From NCBI GenBank assembly GCA_014905635.1, contig JABVCE010000002.1, positions 1,984,001 through 2,048,000 of the forward strand: 64,000 nucleotides of DNA. The letters are read 5' to 3'. Source of the stretch: Scenedesmus sp. PABB004 (Eukaryota). A program made the position numbers and the translations under genes. The notes beneath the pieces are model-generated. The model made no database searches. It saw nothing but the letters and a program-made list of their open reading frames with translations, and was not told where the DNA came from. Position 1 is the stretch's first letter. The number at the start of each line of letters is the position of its first letter. Positions 1 through 12,517 of the stretch are shown here, one piece after another.

Positions 1-2
1 GC

Positions 3-149
3 GTGCTCGCGCCCGGCGCGCGCGTGCGGCTGCCGACCGCGGCGACGTGCATGAACCTGCTCAAGCTGCCCCCCTACGCCAGCCTGGAGGAGATGCGGGC
101 AAAGCTGCTCTACGCCATCACCGCGGGCGCGGGCTTCGAGCTCAGCTGA
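3..149 (+). CDS. HECT-type E3 ubiquitin ligase, C-terminal fragment (UPL6/7, UBE3B/C-like); gene begins before the window
   Basis: Frame not in the ORF track reads [40 protein letters not shown]: the HECT C-lobe with catalytic Cys (LPTAxTCxNxLKLPPY) and terminal GFELS. Confidence 0.92.
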   Translation: MLAPGARVRLPTAATCMNLLKLPPYASLEEMRAKLLYAITAGAGFELS

Positions 150-263
150 GCGCGGGCGGGGCGCGACGGGCGGCGCGGCGCGTGCGGCGCGCGCGACGCG
201 CTGCTGCGGGGAGTTGCAACCGTGGCCCTCGGAGCGCGGCGCGGCCGCGTGCAGGCCCGGCCA

Positions 264-1359
264 TCAGCCGCACGCGTCCTTGCCAGCACCCGCGCGCGCC
301 GCAGCGCGAGGCGAGCGCAGCCGGCCGCCGCCGCCGCTGGCCGGGCCCCTTGCCTGGCTGCCGCCGCTTGGCGACGCCCTCCCCTGCTGCAGGCGCGGGT
401 CCGGGCTCGGCTCGCGTGCGGCCAGCCGGGGCAGCCCCAGCACGCCCCGCAGACTCTGCTGCAGCTTGGCGTGCTGCGCCGTGTGCGTGAGCTCGAGGGA
501 CAGCCTGGTCGCCTGCGCGCGCGAGCGCCGGTGAGGGCAAGCTTCGCGCGAGAGGCGCCGCCGGCCGCTGTCCGACGCGCGCGGCGAGCGCACCTGGCGG
601 TGGCGAGCGAGCTGCTCCAGCTCGCGGCCCCTCTGCCGCTGCGCGGCCTGCAGCGCCGACGCCGCGCGCGCGGCGCCCGCCTCGCGCTCGCGCGCGTGGC
701 GCGCGGCGAGCTGCGCGCGCTCGGCCGCCTGCTGGTCCGCGGCCTCGCTGCCGATGCGGCCGAGCTCCAGCCGCTCCAGCTCGTCCGCCGCGCGCTTCGC
801 CTGCGCGGGGGCGCGGCCGGCGCGGCCGGCGCGCTCAGCCGGCCGCCGCTGCCCAGCGCGGCCGCCGAGCGCGTGGCGCACGCGCTGCGCTCGCGCACCG
901 CGCCCGCCGCGTCGAACTTGCGCTGCGCGACGAGCGCGCGTTGCCTGTGGCGCATGTCGAGGAGCTGCGGCGAGAAGCGCGCGCGCGGCTGCGACGCCGC
1001 CTGCGCCGCCGCCAGCTCCGCCGCCTCGGCCGCCTGCCGGCCCAGCAGCGCGCGCGCCGCGCCGCGCAGCTCGCCCGCCAGGGCGGCCAGGCGGCGCGCC
1101 CACTTTTCGCTGAGCTCACACGCGGCGGCCTCGTGCGCGCCGACCGCGCGCCGGCCTGCGCGGCGATGAGCGCGGCCAGCACCGCCGCCTCGTGCGACAG
1201 CTTGAGCGCCGCCACCTCCCGCTCCGCCGCCGCTGCACCGCTGTAGTCGGCGGAGCGCCTGCACTCGTCCCGGCGCGCCTCGAGCGCCCGCAGGCGCGGC
1301 GGCGGCGCCAGAGCTGCCGGCAGCGCCGCCGGGCGTGCGGGGCTGCCGGCACGGCTCAT
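264..1359 (-). CDS. Uncharacterised coiled-coil protein (multi-exon; apparent frameshift near 1150)
   Basis: Exon peptides ALEARRDECRRSADYSGAAAAEREVAALKLSHE, HEAAACELSEKW...RARFSPQLLDMRHRQRALVAQRKFDAAG, AKRAADELERLE..., ATRLSLELTHTAQHAKL. Resembles an uncharacterised FSxxLLxLR coiled-coil family I recall from flagellated protists. Confidence 0.6.
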
Positions 1360-1845
1360 GGCGAGCTCACAGTCGGCGGCTGGTCAGCGCGCGGGCGGCG
1401 CCACGAGCGTGGCCGGCGCGACCAGCGCGCGCCGGCGGCTGCTGGTCAGCGCGTGCGCTCCGCCGCAGGGCGGGCGCGGCTGCTTCCAATCCTCACACAA
1501 TGGAGCGCCGGAGCCGCGGGCCGCCGCCGCTGACGCGCCGCCCGAGCGCTGCGCCCTGCGCCGCCGCCGGCGCCGACGCCACGGCGCCGCCGCACGCGCT
1601 CAGTTCCCGCCCCGCACCTCCTCGCCCGCCGCAACTCACGCGCCACCGGGCGCCCCCGCCACCGCGCGCAGCGAGCAGCAAGGCGGCCTTGCCGGAGCAG
1701 CTCCCCGTCCGCACCGCCTGCGCTCCCGCGGCGCCCAGGGTGATGTGTGTCGACGACCGACCGTCCTAGCGTCGCGCGCCCGCTGGGTTCGGAGGCCGCC
1801 AGCCGCCCCCGCAGCAGGCAATCGCAGCAGCAGCAGCCCGCTGCC

Positions 1846-4800
1846 ATGGCGGACGACGTCGAGAAGGCCATCCTCATCACCTTTGGCGCCGGCGGCGGCG
1901 ACCAGGCGCTCAAGGCGCGCGCGGCGCGGCCGGCAGGCGCCGCGCGACGCGGCCAGCGGCGGCAGCGGCGCGCGCCGCCGCCCGGCCGCCGCGGCCGCCG
2001 CGGACGCCCGCCGCGCCGGGGCGCGCAGGAGCGCGCGGGGGCCTACATCGCCAGCATCAAGGCCTCCCCGGAGCTCTGGAAGCTCTGCGCGGAGCGCTTT
2101 TCGAGCACGGCGTACCCGGAGGTCAAGTTCTGGTGCCTGCAGACGCTGCACGAGGCACGGGCCGGGGCCGCAGCGGGCGTGCAGGAGGGGCCGCGCCCAG
2201 GCGCGGGCGGCCCACGCGCCCGCCGCGCTGCCGCCGCCGCAGGGGGTGTGCGCGTGCTACACGCAGCTTGACGAGGGCACGCGCCAGCTGGTGCGCGCCT
2301 CCGCGCCCGCGCCCGCGCCTATGTGCGCCTGCGCCCGTGCGCGCGGCCGCCGAGCGCGCCCCCGCCCGCGCCGCCGCCGCGCGCGCTGGCCCGCAGGTCA
2401 AGGGCGCGCTGCTGACGTGGCTGCAGCGCGACTGCACGTCGGAGGGCGCGCCGCTGCCGCCGTTCCTGCGCAACAAGCTCGCGCAGGCGATCGTGGCGGT
2501 CGTGAAGCGCGAGTACCCGGCCCAGTGGCCGAGCTTCTTCCGCGAGCTCTGCGCCGCCGCGGGCAGCGGGCCGGGGCTGGCCGACATGTTTGCCCGCATC
2601 ATGGTCGCGGTCGACGAAGACGTCATCAGCCTCGACATCCCCCGGTGCGCACCCGCGGGCGAGGCGACGCAGCGCGGCGAGAGCGCGCGCACTCTTTTAG
2701 CCCTCTCTTTTTGACTCGGCCGGCTGGCGGCGATGCGCGGGCGCGGCGGCGGCGGCGGGCGGTGGCTGGCGGCGGCGTGACAGCGCCGCGCCGCGCCGCG
2801 CCGCGCCAGGTCTGGCGAGGAGACCAAGCTCTCGATGCACCTCAAGGACAGCATGCGCGAGCAGTGCATCGGCGAGGTGCGCCGCGCGGGGGGCGACGCG
2901 CGGAGGGGCGACGCGCGGCACGCGCGGCGCGCGGCCCGCCCGCCGGCGGCGGTGCGCCGAGCGCGCGCCCATGCCCGCGGCTGCCGGTGCGCGCAGGTCG
3001 CGGGCGCGTGGTACAGCGTGACGCAGGCGTACAAGGGCAGCCGCCCCGAGCTCGCGGCGTTTGTGCTCGGGTCGTGCGCGCGCTACGTGCACTGGATGGA
3101 CATCGGTCTCGTCGCCAACGACAGGCGCGCGCTTGGCCGGCCGGCCGGCCGCGTAGCGTGCTGCCGGCCAGCCGCGCGCGTCACGCTGCAGTGCGCGGCC
3201 CGCCGACCCGTCGCCGCGCTGCGCTGCCGGCTGCCGCTTCCCCTCGCAGGTTCATCCCGCTGCTCGCGGAGCTGATGGACCACCCGAGCCCCGCGCTGCG
3301 CGGCGCGGCGACCGACATGCTGGCCGAGGTCGTGAGCAAGCGCATGGAGCCGACCGCCAAGATTGCGCTCGTGGAGCAGCTCAAGGTCGTGGAGTCGTGC
3401 GAGCGCCTGAGCGCCAACCTCATCGCCGCCGCGGGCGCGGCGAGCAAGGCCGGCGCGCCCGGCGCCGGCGCCGCGGGCGCGCCGGCGGGGCCCAAGCGCG
3501 GCGAGCCGGACGAGGAGCTGCTGGCAAAGTACGCAAAGCTGCTCGCCACGCTCGCGGGGGAGGTCATGGACGCGCTGAAGCGCGTTGAAAACGGTGCGTG
3601 TGCGGCGTGCGCCCGCGGCGCGGCGCGGCGCGCGGCGGGGGCCGGCGTGTCGCCGCGGCGGCGCCCCGCCCACGCCGCCTCCGCCGCCGCCGCCGCTGCC
3701 GCCGCCCACCGCCTGCCGCGCGCCGCCGTGCACATCAGTCGTGATCAGCTTCAACGTCACCGGCCTGGGCGTGGACGACGAGGCGGCGCGCGACGCGACG
3801 CACGCGGCGCAGGCGGCCAACCGCCTGCTCGCGTCGCTGACCGCGGCGGTGCTGACCGCGTTTTGCAGCGGGCTGGAGACGATCGCGATGCCGCTGGTGC
3901 CCTTCATCGGTGCCTATGTGGCGCGCCTGCGCGCTCTTGCCAAGCGCGGGCAGGCGCTGCCGGCGGGCGCGCAGATGCACCTCGCGGCGGTGCTCGAGGG
4001 CGTCGCCGCGGCGGCGCGCTACCCCGACGGCGGCGCGAACGAGGCCGAGGACGGCGGCGCCGGGCCGGGGCTCGGCGGCGGCGGGTCCGGCGGCAGCCGC
4101 GGCGGCCGGCCGCGCCTGAGCGACGCCGACCTGCTCGCGGCGCGCGAGGAGCAGTGGGAGGTCGAGGAGCGGCGGCGGGAGCTGCTGGTGCTGCTGAAGA
4201 ACGCCGCCAAGCTCGCCTTCCCCGATGCGCTCAACTTTGTCGCGTCGCGCCTGCAGGCCGCGCTCGCGGCGGGCGAGCCCGGCAGCGCCGGCGGCGGCGC
4301 GGCGCCGGGCGGAGGCAGCGCCGGCGGCGGCGCGGCCAACGGCGCCGCCGCGGGCGCGCCGCGCGCGGGGTGCGGCGGCGGCGGCGCGCGCTTCCAGGAG
4401 GCCGAGATCGCGGTGACGCTGCTGTACGAGCTGGGCGAGGGCGCGCCTGAGGACGCGCTCAAGCCGGGGCGGGGCGGGTTGGCGCAGCTCGTGCTGCTCC
4501 TCGTCGGCCGCGCCGGCGGTCTGCCGGCGGGCGGGCACCGCCTCGTCGCGCTCGCGGTGCTGGAGACGTGCGTGCGCTACGTGCGCGTGCTGCAGCAGGA
4601 GCAGAGCGCCATCCCGCCGGTGCTCGCCCTCTTCCTCGGCCCGCGCGGCCTGGGGCACCCCTCGCCCGACGTCGCGACGCGCGCCGCCTACCTGCTGTCG
4701 CGGCTGGTCAAGACGCTGCGCGCCAACCTGCGCCCGCTCGCGGCGGAGGTGCTCTGCGAGCTGCAGCCGCACCTGCTCGCCGTCGCGACGCGCCCGCCGC

Positions 4801-6461
4801 CGGGCCGCGACGGCGGCCTGGGCGGCGCCGTCGGCACGGGCCGCGACGGCGCGGCGGGCAAGACGCTCGCGCCCGTCACGTCGCTCGTGGACGACCGGCT
4901 GTACGTCTTTGAGAGCGCCGGCCTGCTGCTGGGGCAGGAGGAGCTGCCCGCGGAGCAGCAGCTCGCGGCGCTGGGGTCGCTGCTCGCGCCGCTGACGGCG
5001 CAGATCGAGACCAACCTCGGCGCGGCGGCGGCGGAGGGCGCGTGCGCGGCAGTCGCGCCCGGCGGCGCCGCGTGGGCGGTGCTGCAGGCCATGGAGGCGA
5101 TCGCGCGCCTGAGCAAGGGCTTCAAGGCCGAGCTCTGCACGCGCAGCCGCCCGCAGCTGGGTGCGCAGCGCGCAGCGCGGGGCGGCGCCGCCCCGCGCGC
5201 CGCGCGCCGCCCGTATCGCCCACACCGCCCGCGCCCCGCACCGCGGCGCGCGCGCGCAGGCGCCGCATTCCTGCGCTGCCTCGAGGCCGCGCTCGCCGTG
5301 CCCAAGGCCGCGCCGGGCAGCAAGCAGCTGCGCGCGCGCTTCATCGCGCTGCTGCACCGCCTCGTCGAGAGCCTTCTCTCCGGCGTGCTGCCCTACCTGC
5401 CCGCCGCGCTGGAGGCGCTGCTCGCGCGCGAGGCGGACGTGGGGGACGTCACTGACGTGCTGACGCTGCTGGTGCAGCTCGTCACGCGATTCAAGGCCGA
5501 CCTCGCCAAGCTCGTCGACGCGGCGCTGCCGATCGCGGTCGCGCGCGTGCATGGGCTGCTGGGTGAGCCGCCGGCGGCGGCGCGCGCGCGCGCTGCCGGC
5601 GGTGGCGGCGGCGGCGCGCGCGCGCGACGGGAGGGGCGGGCGGCTGCGCCGCGCAGGGCGCCCCGCCCACGCGCGCCCGCTGCCGCCGTGCTCACGCGCG
5701 CCCGCTGCGCCGCGCCGCTCGGCCGCGCAGGCGCCGACTGGGACTGGAGCGGGCGGCTGGCGTCGCCGGCGGCGATGTCGGCGGCGCAGCAGCCGCAGGC
5801 GCAGCAGGCGCAGGCGCAGCAGGCGCAGACGCAGGTGGCGGCCACGCTGGAGGACGCGCGGGAAAAGGGGGAGCTGCAGCGCAGCTACTACTCGCTCCTC
5901 CACTGCCTCGTGCACCAGGGCCTCGCCGGCAGCCTGGTGGCCTCGGAGCGGGCGGTGCTCGACAGCGCGCTCACCGCGCTCGCCGCGGGCGCCGCCACGC
6001 ACGTCGACCCGGGCGTGCGCAAGATCTGCGTCCAGGTGCTCGCGCGCCTCGTGAGCGAGTGGTGCCCCGCCGGCGGCGAGGAGCTGGTGCCCGGTTTCCG
6101 CGCCTTTGCGGTGCAGCAGCTGGGCGGGCAGGTCGTGCTGGGGCTGTTCCGCGGCGCCGGCGCCCGGGCGGGGCGCCCGGGCGGCCCGCTCGACGCGCGC
6201 GACGCCGCGACGGTCGCGCTGCTCGGCGAGGTCGCGGCGTCGCTGCGGCTGCTGCACGAGCGCGCGCGCGACGAGGCGGCGGCGCACCTCTGCGGGCGCG
6301 CGCTGCCGGAGAGCGGGCTGCCGGGCGAGCTGCAGCAGCAGCTGGCATACCACGTGCGCGAGAGCGAGGCGAAGCAGCTCAGGGACTTCATGCGCGAGCT
6401 GCTGCTCTCCGCGGCGGCGGCGGCGGCGGCGGCGGCGCAGCAGGCCGCGGCCGGCAAGTGA
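1846..6461 (+). CDS. XPOT: Exportin-T (tRNA exportin, PAUSED/Los1 orthologue), ~10 exons
   Basis: MADDVEKAILITF..., EVKFWCLQTLHE, PPFLRNKLAQAIVAVVKREYPAQWPSFF, KDSMREQC, YVHWMDIGLVAND, EVVSKRMEP, DDRLYVFESAGLLLG; HEAT-repeat character; stop TGA 6459-6461. Confidence 0.9.
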
Positions 6462-6593
6462 TGCGGCGAGCGGCGGGGCAGCGCGAGCTGCCAGGGGGGC
6501 TGGTAGGCGCAGGCATAGGCAGGCAGGCAGCGGGGGCGCGTAGCGCAGCGTTGGCGCGGCGCGCGGGTGCCGCCTGTGCGGCGCCCAGGCGCG

Positions 6594-6598
6594 TGTAA
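6594..6598 (+). terminator. TGTAA polyadenylation signal of exportin-T
   Basis: TGTAA ~130 nt after the stop; UGUAA is the established chlorophycean poly(A) signal. Confidence 0.6.
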
Positions 6599-6714
6599 GC
6601 AGAGCGATCGAGCGCGGCCGAGCGCGGCCGGGGGCTCCAGCATCGCGAGGTTTGCCCCAGCGCGCGTCAGCCAACCCCCGGTCCGAACAGACGACCCGCC
6701 GCCCGCGCGCGCGC

Positions 6715-7718
6715 TCAGTCGCGGTGCGCGTCGCCGAGCCGCCGCCCCGCGCCGCGGAACGCGGCGAAGCCCGCCGGCACGCTGTCGACCGGCCGCGGCG
6801 GCGGGCCGATGCCGAGGTGCGCCGTCGCGGTCGCGACCCAGCGCGGCGTGCCGAGCAGCGCCGCGCCGCCGCTCGCGGGGTAGATTTCGCTGAAGAACCA
6901 GTAGGCGTGGCCGACGGCCATGCCGAGTATGTCGGGGATGGGGTCGCCGCCGAGGATGACTGTGATGCCGAGGAAGGCGAAGGGCAGGTAGAACGACTGC
7001 ACCGTGAACAGGCCCATGATGCTCACGTTCTGGGTCGGGAAGTTGCGGGAGTAGACGTAGATGAGCGTGAAGATGAGGCTCGACGCCGTGAACACGAGGC
7101 CGAGGCTCGGCACCGCGAGCCCGACCGCGGTGAGGCAGCCCGCGGAGAAGAGGAGCATCCAGACCATGTCGGCCGGCGCAAACATGTACGTCTGGCCCTC
7201 CAGGATCTGGCCGTACTGCAGGAGCCAGATCATGTTGAACAGGAATTTCATGCCGAAGCCGCCGATGAAAAAGTGGGGCGTGACGAGGCGCCACAGCTGC
7301 GGGCGCGAACGCCACGCGGCGGGCCGCGGCGGCGGTCGGGGCGGCGAGCGGGCGGCCGCGTGTGGGTTGCTGGCGACAGGGGCGGCGCTGCCGCTCCTGG
7401 CCGCGGCGCCTGCCACTGCAGTGCCGCTGCCGGCGCGGGGCGCTGCGGGCCGCGGCAGCAGCGGCAGCGGCGGCGGCGTGCCGCTGCCGCCCGCCGCGGC
7501 CCCCCGGCGTGCGCGGCGCCCGGCGGGCGCACCTCATACTGCTTGAAGATGAAGGGCCCGAGGAGCGCGAGGTTCTTGGGCTGCAGGATGCCCAAGTACG
7601 TGCCCAGGCTCGACAGGAAGCAGGCGGTGGCCAGGAAGCGCGTGATGGGCGGCAGGCTCTGGTACCAGTTCCCCACCCCCGCGCCCGCCTGGTTCACGTC
7701 CACCACGCCGCGCGGCAT
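6715..7718 (-). CDS. DER1: Derlin (DER1 family ERAD membrane protein), 2 exons
   Basis: WYQSLPPITRFLATAC...FKQYE | LWRLVTPHFFIGGFGMKFLFNMIWLLQYGQILE...YVYSRNFP...FYLPF...GMAVGHAYWF...AFRGAGRRLG (SHP box). Confidence 0.93.
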
Positions 7719-8291
7719 GGCGCGTGGTGAGGTGAGCGCTGCGCTGCTGCTGATAACCGAACGCTGAGCGCTGCGCTGCTGCTGATTCGCGAACAGCAGT
7801 GCTGTCCCGCGAGCGAACAGGGCGCTGCGATCGAGGCGAGCGCGGAGTCAGCAGCGCAGCGGGGAGGCGGGTGCGCACGTCTGCGGCGCGGCCGGATCGG
7901 CGGCGGCGCGGGCGCACCTCGGCGGCGGGCGTCGTTTTGCCGGCGCTTCAAGCGCCGGCGCTGCGCAGCTTGGGCCCCAGCCGCCACTCGCCCAGACACG
8001 GCACTCTCTCCACGCCGGGCGCGGCAGGCCGGGGCCTGGGCTGCCGCCGCGCTCGCCGCGCAGACAGCGCCCGCAGCACACAGCAGCGCGTGCGCACTCC
8101 CGCGCCCGCTGCGCGCCACCGGCCCCACGCGCGGCGCGTCGTCCGCACGTATACCTGCCGTCCCTGACGCCGGGAGGCGTCCGCGGCAGCCGGCGCGGCC
8201 GCAGCGGCCGCAGCGGGCGCGGGGCAGCGGACGCGCCGCTGCCGGAGAGCAGCGCTCTCCGGGGCAGCGCCAGCGCGGCGGCGGCGCGGCC

Positions 8292-11200
8292 ATGGCGCTG
8301 CGCGTCATCGCACACGTCGATCTGGACGCGTTCTACACCCAGGTGCGGTGGCCGGGGCCAGGGACGCGCCCCGGCGCCGCCGCGGCGTGGCGCGCGACGC
8401 CCGACGCCGCCGCGCCAGGCGCCGCCGTGCCACCGCTGCGCCAGGCGCCACCGCTGCGCCAGGCGCCGCCGCTGCGCCCGGCGCCCGGCGCGCGACGCCA
8501 GACGCGCACGCCGCGCCGCGTGCCGCAGGTCGAGGTCGCGCGTGACGTGACTCTGCGAGGCAAGCCGGTGGTGGTGGTGCAGTACAATCCCCACGGCCCT
8601 TGCATCACCACGCCGCCTGACGCGGTGCGCGTCTTCCCGGACTCCAACGGGTCAATCATAGCGGTCTCCTATGAGGCCCGCGCGGCGGGCGTGAAGCGGT
8701 GCGCGCGCCGCGCCCGGCCAGGAAGGACGCCGCGCGGGCCGGGCGCGCCGCGCGCAGCGCGGCCGTTGCGGCGCGGTCAAACTTGTGGAGTCGACCCCTT
8801 GCTGCGGCGCGCTCCGCCGCCGCAGCAACATGGGCGGCAGGGACGCGAAGGCAATCTGCCCCGACCTGCAGATCGTGCAGGCGAGCGCGCGCGCTGCCGC
8901 GGCACCAGCGGCTGGCTTGCGCGCGGCCGCGCCGCCGCCGCCGCCGTGCGGGCGGCGAGCCCTCCGCAGACGGTGCGCGCCCACGTGCGGCGCGCGGCCG
9001 CCGCGGCCGCGCAGGTGCCGGTGCGCTTTGGCAAGGCCGACCTCACGATCTACCGCGAGGCGGGCGAGGCGGTGATCGCCATCCTGGCGGGCCGCGACGG
9101 CGTGACGTGCGAGCGCGCGAGCATCGACGAGGCCTACCTGGAGGTCACCGCGGCGGCGCGGCAGCTGCTCGCCGGCGCGGCGGCGGCCAGGGTGGCGGCG
9201 GCGGCCGCGGCGGCGGCGCAGGGCGGCGAGGCGCAGGCGGCGGCGGCGGCGGCGGCGGAGCAGGGCGGCGCGCCGCTGCCGATGCCCGCGAGCGTGGAGG
9301 GCTGGCACGTGGCCGGCATGGTGCGCCGTGCAGGGCTGCGTGGGGCGTGCGCGCACGGGGTGGGGAGCCCTGCCGGTCTGTCTTGACCTCTCCGCGCGCG
9401 CGCGCAGGAGCCGGGCGCCGCCGGCGTGGCGGCCTGGTGGGCGCGCCCCGCGCACGCGTGGGGCCCGGACGAGGCGCTGCTCGCGGCGGGCGCGGTGGTC
9501 GTCGCGGAGCTGCGCGCCGCAGTCGCGGCGCGGCTGGGCTTCAGCTGCTCCGCAGGGCTCGCGCAGACCAAGATTCTGTCCAAGCTCGGCTCTGGCCTCA
9601 ACAAACCGCGGCAGCAGACGCTCGTGCCGGCGTGTGGGGTCGCGGGCCTGCTGCACCCGCTGCCGATCGGCAAGCTGCGCAACCTGGGCGGCAAGTTTGG
9701 CGCCGCGGTCGCGGAGGGCCTCGGCGTGGCGACCGTGGGCGAGCTGCTTGCGGTGCCGCTGGCGCGGCTCGAGGCGCTGGTGCGTGGCGGCGGCGCGCTG
9801 CGCGTGCCAGCGCGCGTGCGCGTGCGCGCGCCGCTGCGGGCAGCGACACACCGTGCGCCCCCGCCGCCCTCGGCCACAGGTCGGCGAGGAGACGGCGGCG
9901 TGGGTGATGAGCCTGGCGTCTGGCCAAGACGGGCAGACGGTGAAGCAACGCACGCTACCGATGCGCATTAGCACCGGTGCGCCGGCCGGCGGCCGCGCTG
10001 GCCCGGGGGCACACGCCTCGCTGCCCGCGCGACGGCGGCAGCGGCGCCGGGCGGCGCCCGCCGCTGGCCGCCTGCTGCGGCGCTGAGCGCGGCGCCGCGC
10101 GCCGCCCGCAGGCAAGACCTGGCGCGTCGGCAACGCGCTGACCAGCTTCACCGCGGTGCAGACGTGGCTGCTGGAGCTGGCTGGCGAGCTCAAGGTGCGT
10201 GTGGGGCCTGCGGGCGCGCGCGGGCGGCCGGCCGGGCCGCGTGCCCGCAGCGGGCGCGCGCCTGAACGCGCGCCGCCCCGCTCCGCCGCGGCAGGACCGC
10301 ATCGACGCCGACCGCAAGGCCAACCAGCGCCTGCCGTCCCAGCTCACGGTCACCGTGGAGACGCGCACGAGCGGCACCGTCAGCGCGGCCAGCACGGCCG
10401 CCGCCGCCGCCGTGGGAGAGGCTGGCGGCGTCCCCGTGCGGACGACGTTCAAAAACTGGAACGACGGCATCGTCGCGACCAGCCGCAGCACGCCGCTGCG
10501 GCTGTCGGTCGATGCGATGGCGGCCGACGCGCTGCTGCTGGTCAAGCGCTGGGCGCGCGAGCGGTGCGCGGCGCCGGGGGCGCGGCGCAGGCCAGGCGCA
10601 CGCGCGCGCGGGCGCGGGCGCGCCGCTCCCGCCATGCGCGCGCAGCGCTCCGCGTCGGCGGCGGCTGACCACTCCGGCGGCCCGCCACCGCCGCCGCCGC
10701 CGCCGCGGCGGCGGCCGCTCAGGGGCGAGGCCTGGGCGATCGTGGGCATGTTTTTGGCGGCGTCCAGCTTCCAAGCCGCGCCGACGTCCACCATCGACCG
10801 CTACGTCACGGCGACGCGGCAGCAGCAGTCGCCGCGCTCTGGCGGGGGCGGCTCGGCGGCCGGCGCCTCGGGCGCCAGCGACGGCAGCGGCGGTGAGCAG
10901 CAGCAGCTGAGCGCCGACGCGGCGGGGCCAGCGGCAGCGGCGGCCAGGCGGGCACCAAGCGCCCGGCGCCGGCCGGCGCGGCGCAGAGCCCTGGCCAGCG
11001 CGCGCGCAGCGGCGGCAGTGGTGGCAGCAGTGGCGCCGGCGGCCGCAGCGGCGGCCAGGCTGGCCTGCGGGCGTTCCTGGTGCCGGCGCCGCCCGCTGCC
11101 GGCGCTGGCGCGCCCGAGCAGCTGCAGGAGCAGCCGCAGCAACCGCAGGAGCTGCAGGAGCAGCCGCAGCAGCAGCCGCAGCAGTTGCCGGAGCAGCCGC

Positions 11201-11661
11201 CAGGCGCGGCGCAGCTGCAGTCGGCGGTGCCGCAGGCTCGCCCGCTGGGCGACACGCTCGGCGGCGCCGCCGATCCGCAGGCGGACGGCGCCTCGCAGCA
11301 GCCGAGCCAGGCGGTGGTCGCATCGCTGCAGGGGTGGCTGGCCCAGCCGCCAAGCCAGCCGCCGCCGCAGCCTCCTGCGGAGGGCGACGAGCAGCAGGCA
11401 CAGCAGGCGCACCAGGCGCAGCAGGCCAGTGACTGGCAGCAGCCGCTGCGGCTGGCAGACATCGACCCGGAGGTGCTGGCGGAGCTGCCGCTGGCGATGC
11501 AGCACGAGGTCAGGCGGGCCGCGATCGACGCCGCGCCCGGGCGCGGCGCCGCGGGCGCCCCCGGGCGGCGCGGCGGGCGTGGCGGGCGCGGGCGGCAGCA
11601 CGCGGCGGCGCAGCCGGGCATCCAGCAGTTTTTCGGCCGGCCGCCGGACGGGGGGCAGTGA
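8292..11661 (+). CDS. POLH: Y-family DNA polymerase eta (multi-exon; frame discontinuity near 10920)
   Basis: RVIAHVDLDAFYTQVE, PVVVVQYNP, IIAVSYEARAAGVKR, GKADLTIYREAG, ERASIDEAYL, KLGSGLNKPRQQT, LRNLGGKFG; C-terminal UBM-like DIDPEVLAELPLAMQHEV and PIP box QPGIQQFF. Confidence 0.92.
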
Positions 11662-11977
11662 CGGCGGCCGGAGGCGGTGGTGCAGTTGCGGGGCGCGCGC
11701 ACCGCCAAACCGCGGCGGTGGCTTGAGCCGCCAGCGCGCGGCCCCCAGTGCGCGTCCGGCGGCCGTGTGAGTGCTCCCCCGGACGCGCTCGATCTCGCCC
11801 AAAAGCACGCGTCCGCCGCCGCACGCGCGCCGGACAGCAGCAGCGGCGGCACTCGCCGGCACGCGCCGCGCGCCGCACCGCACCGCCCGAGCCCCGCCTC
11901 CGCCGGTCCCGGCCTTCGCGCCCCCCTCAGTGCTCCCTGTGGGCCAGCCCGGGATGTGGGTGTGGGGATAGGGGAGC

Positions 11978-12517
11978 ATGAGCGCGTTTGGCGGCCCGCG
12001 CGGCGCGGGCGCCAAGCCGCCCGAGAAGGGCATCTTCCCGCTCGACCACTTCGGCGAGTGCAAGCAGGTGCGCCGGCAGCGGGCCTGGGGCGGCGTCCGG
12101 CGGCGCAGCGCCTCGCGCGAGCGGCGGCGCGCTGCTGCCTGCTGCCGCGCGCACCCGGACCGCTGCCCGCCCGCGGCGCCGCCGCAGGTCGCCGACACCT
12201 ACCTGGCCTGCCTGAAGAAGCAGGCACGCAACGCGGCGGCCTGCCAGGAGCTGGCCAAGGCGTACCTGGAGTGCCGCATGCAGCGGTGCGGGCGTGCGCC
12301 GCCGCCGCCCGCGCGCCCGGCGACGGCCGGCGCGCGGCGCGCCGGGCCGGCAGCGGCAGTGCCGAGCCGCCGCCGCGCCGTCACCGCGCCGCCGCGCAGG
12401 GACCTGATGGCGCCGCAGGACCTCAAGGAGCTCGGGTTCAAGGACGGCCCCCGCGCCGGCGGCGGCAGCGGCAGCAGCGGCAGCGCCGCCGCCGCCGGCG
12501 GCGACGCGCAGCGGTAG
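11978..12517 (+). CDS. COX19: Cytochrome c oxidase assembly protein COX19 (twin CX9C), 3 exons
   Basis: KPPEKGIFPLDHFGECKQ | VADTYLACLKKQARNAAACQELAKAYLECRMQR | DLMAPQDLKELGF; introns 12068-12187 and 12286-12399. Confidence 0.95.
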   Translation: MSAFGGPRGAGAKPPEKGIFPLDHFGECKQVRRQRAWGGVRRRSASRERRRAAACCRAHPDRCPPAAPPQVADTYLACLKKQARNAAACQELAKAYLECRMQRCGRAPPPPARPATAGARRAGPAAAVPSRRRAVTAPPRRDLMAPQDLKELGFKDGPRAGGGSGSSGSAAAAGGDAQR

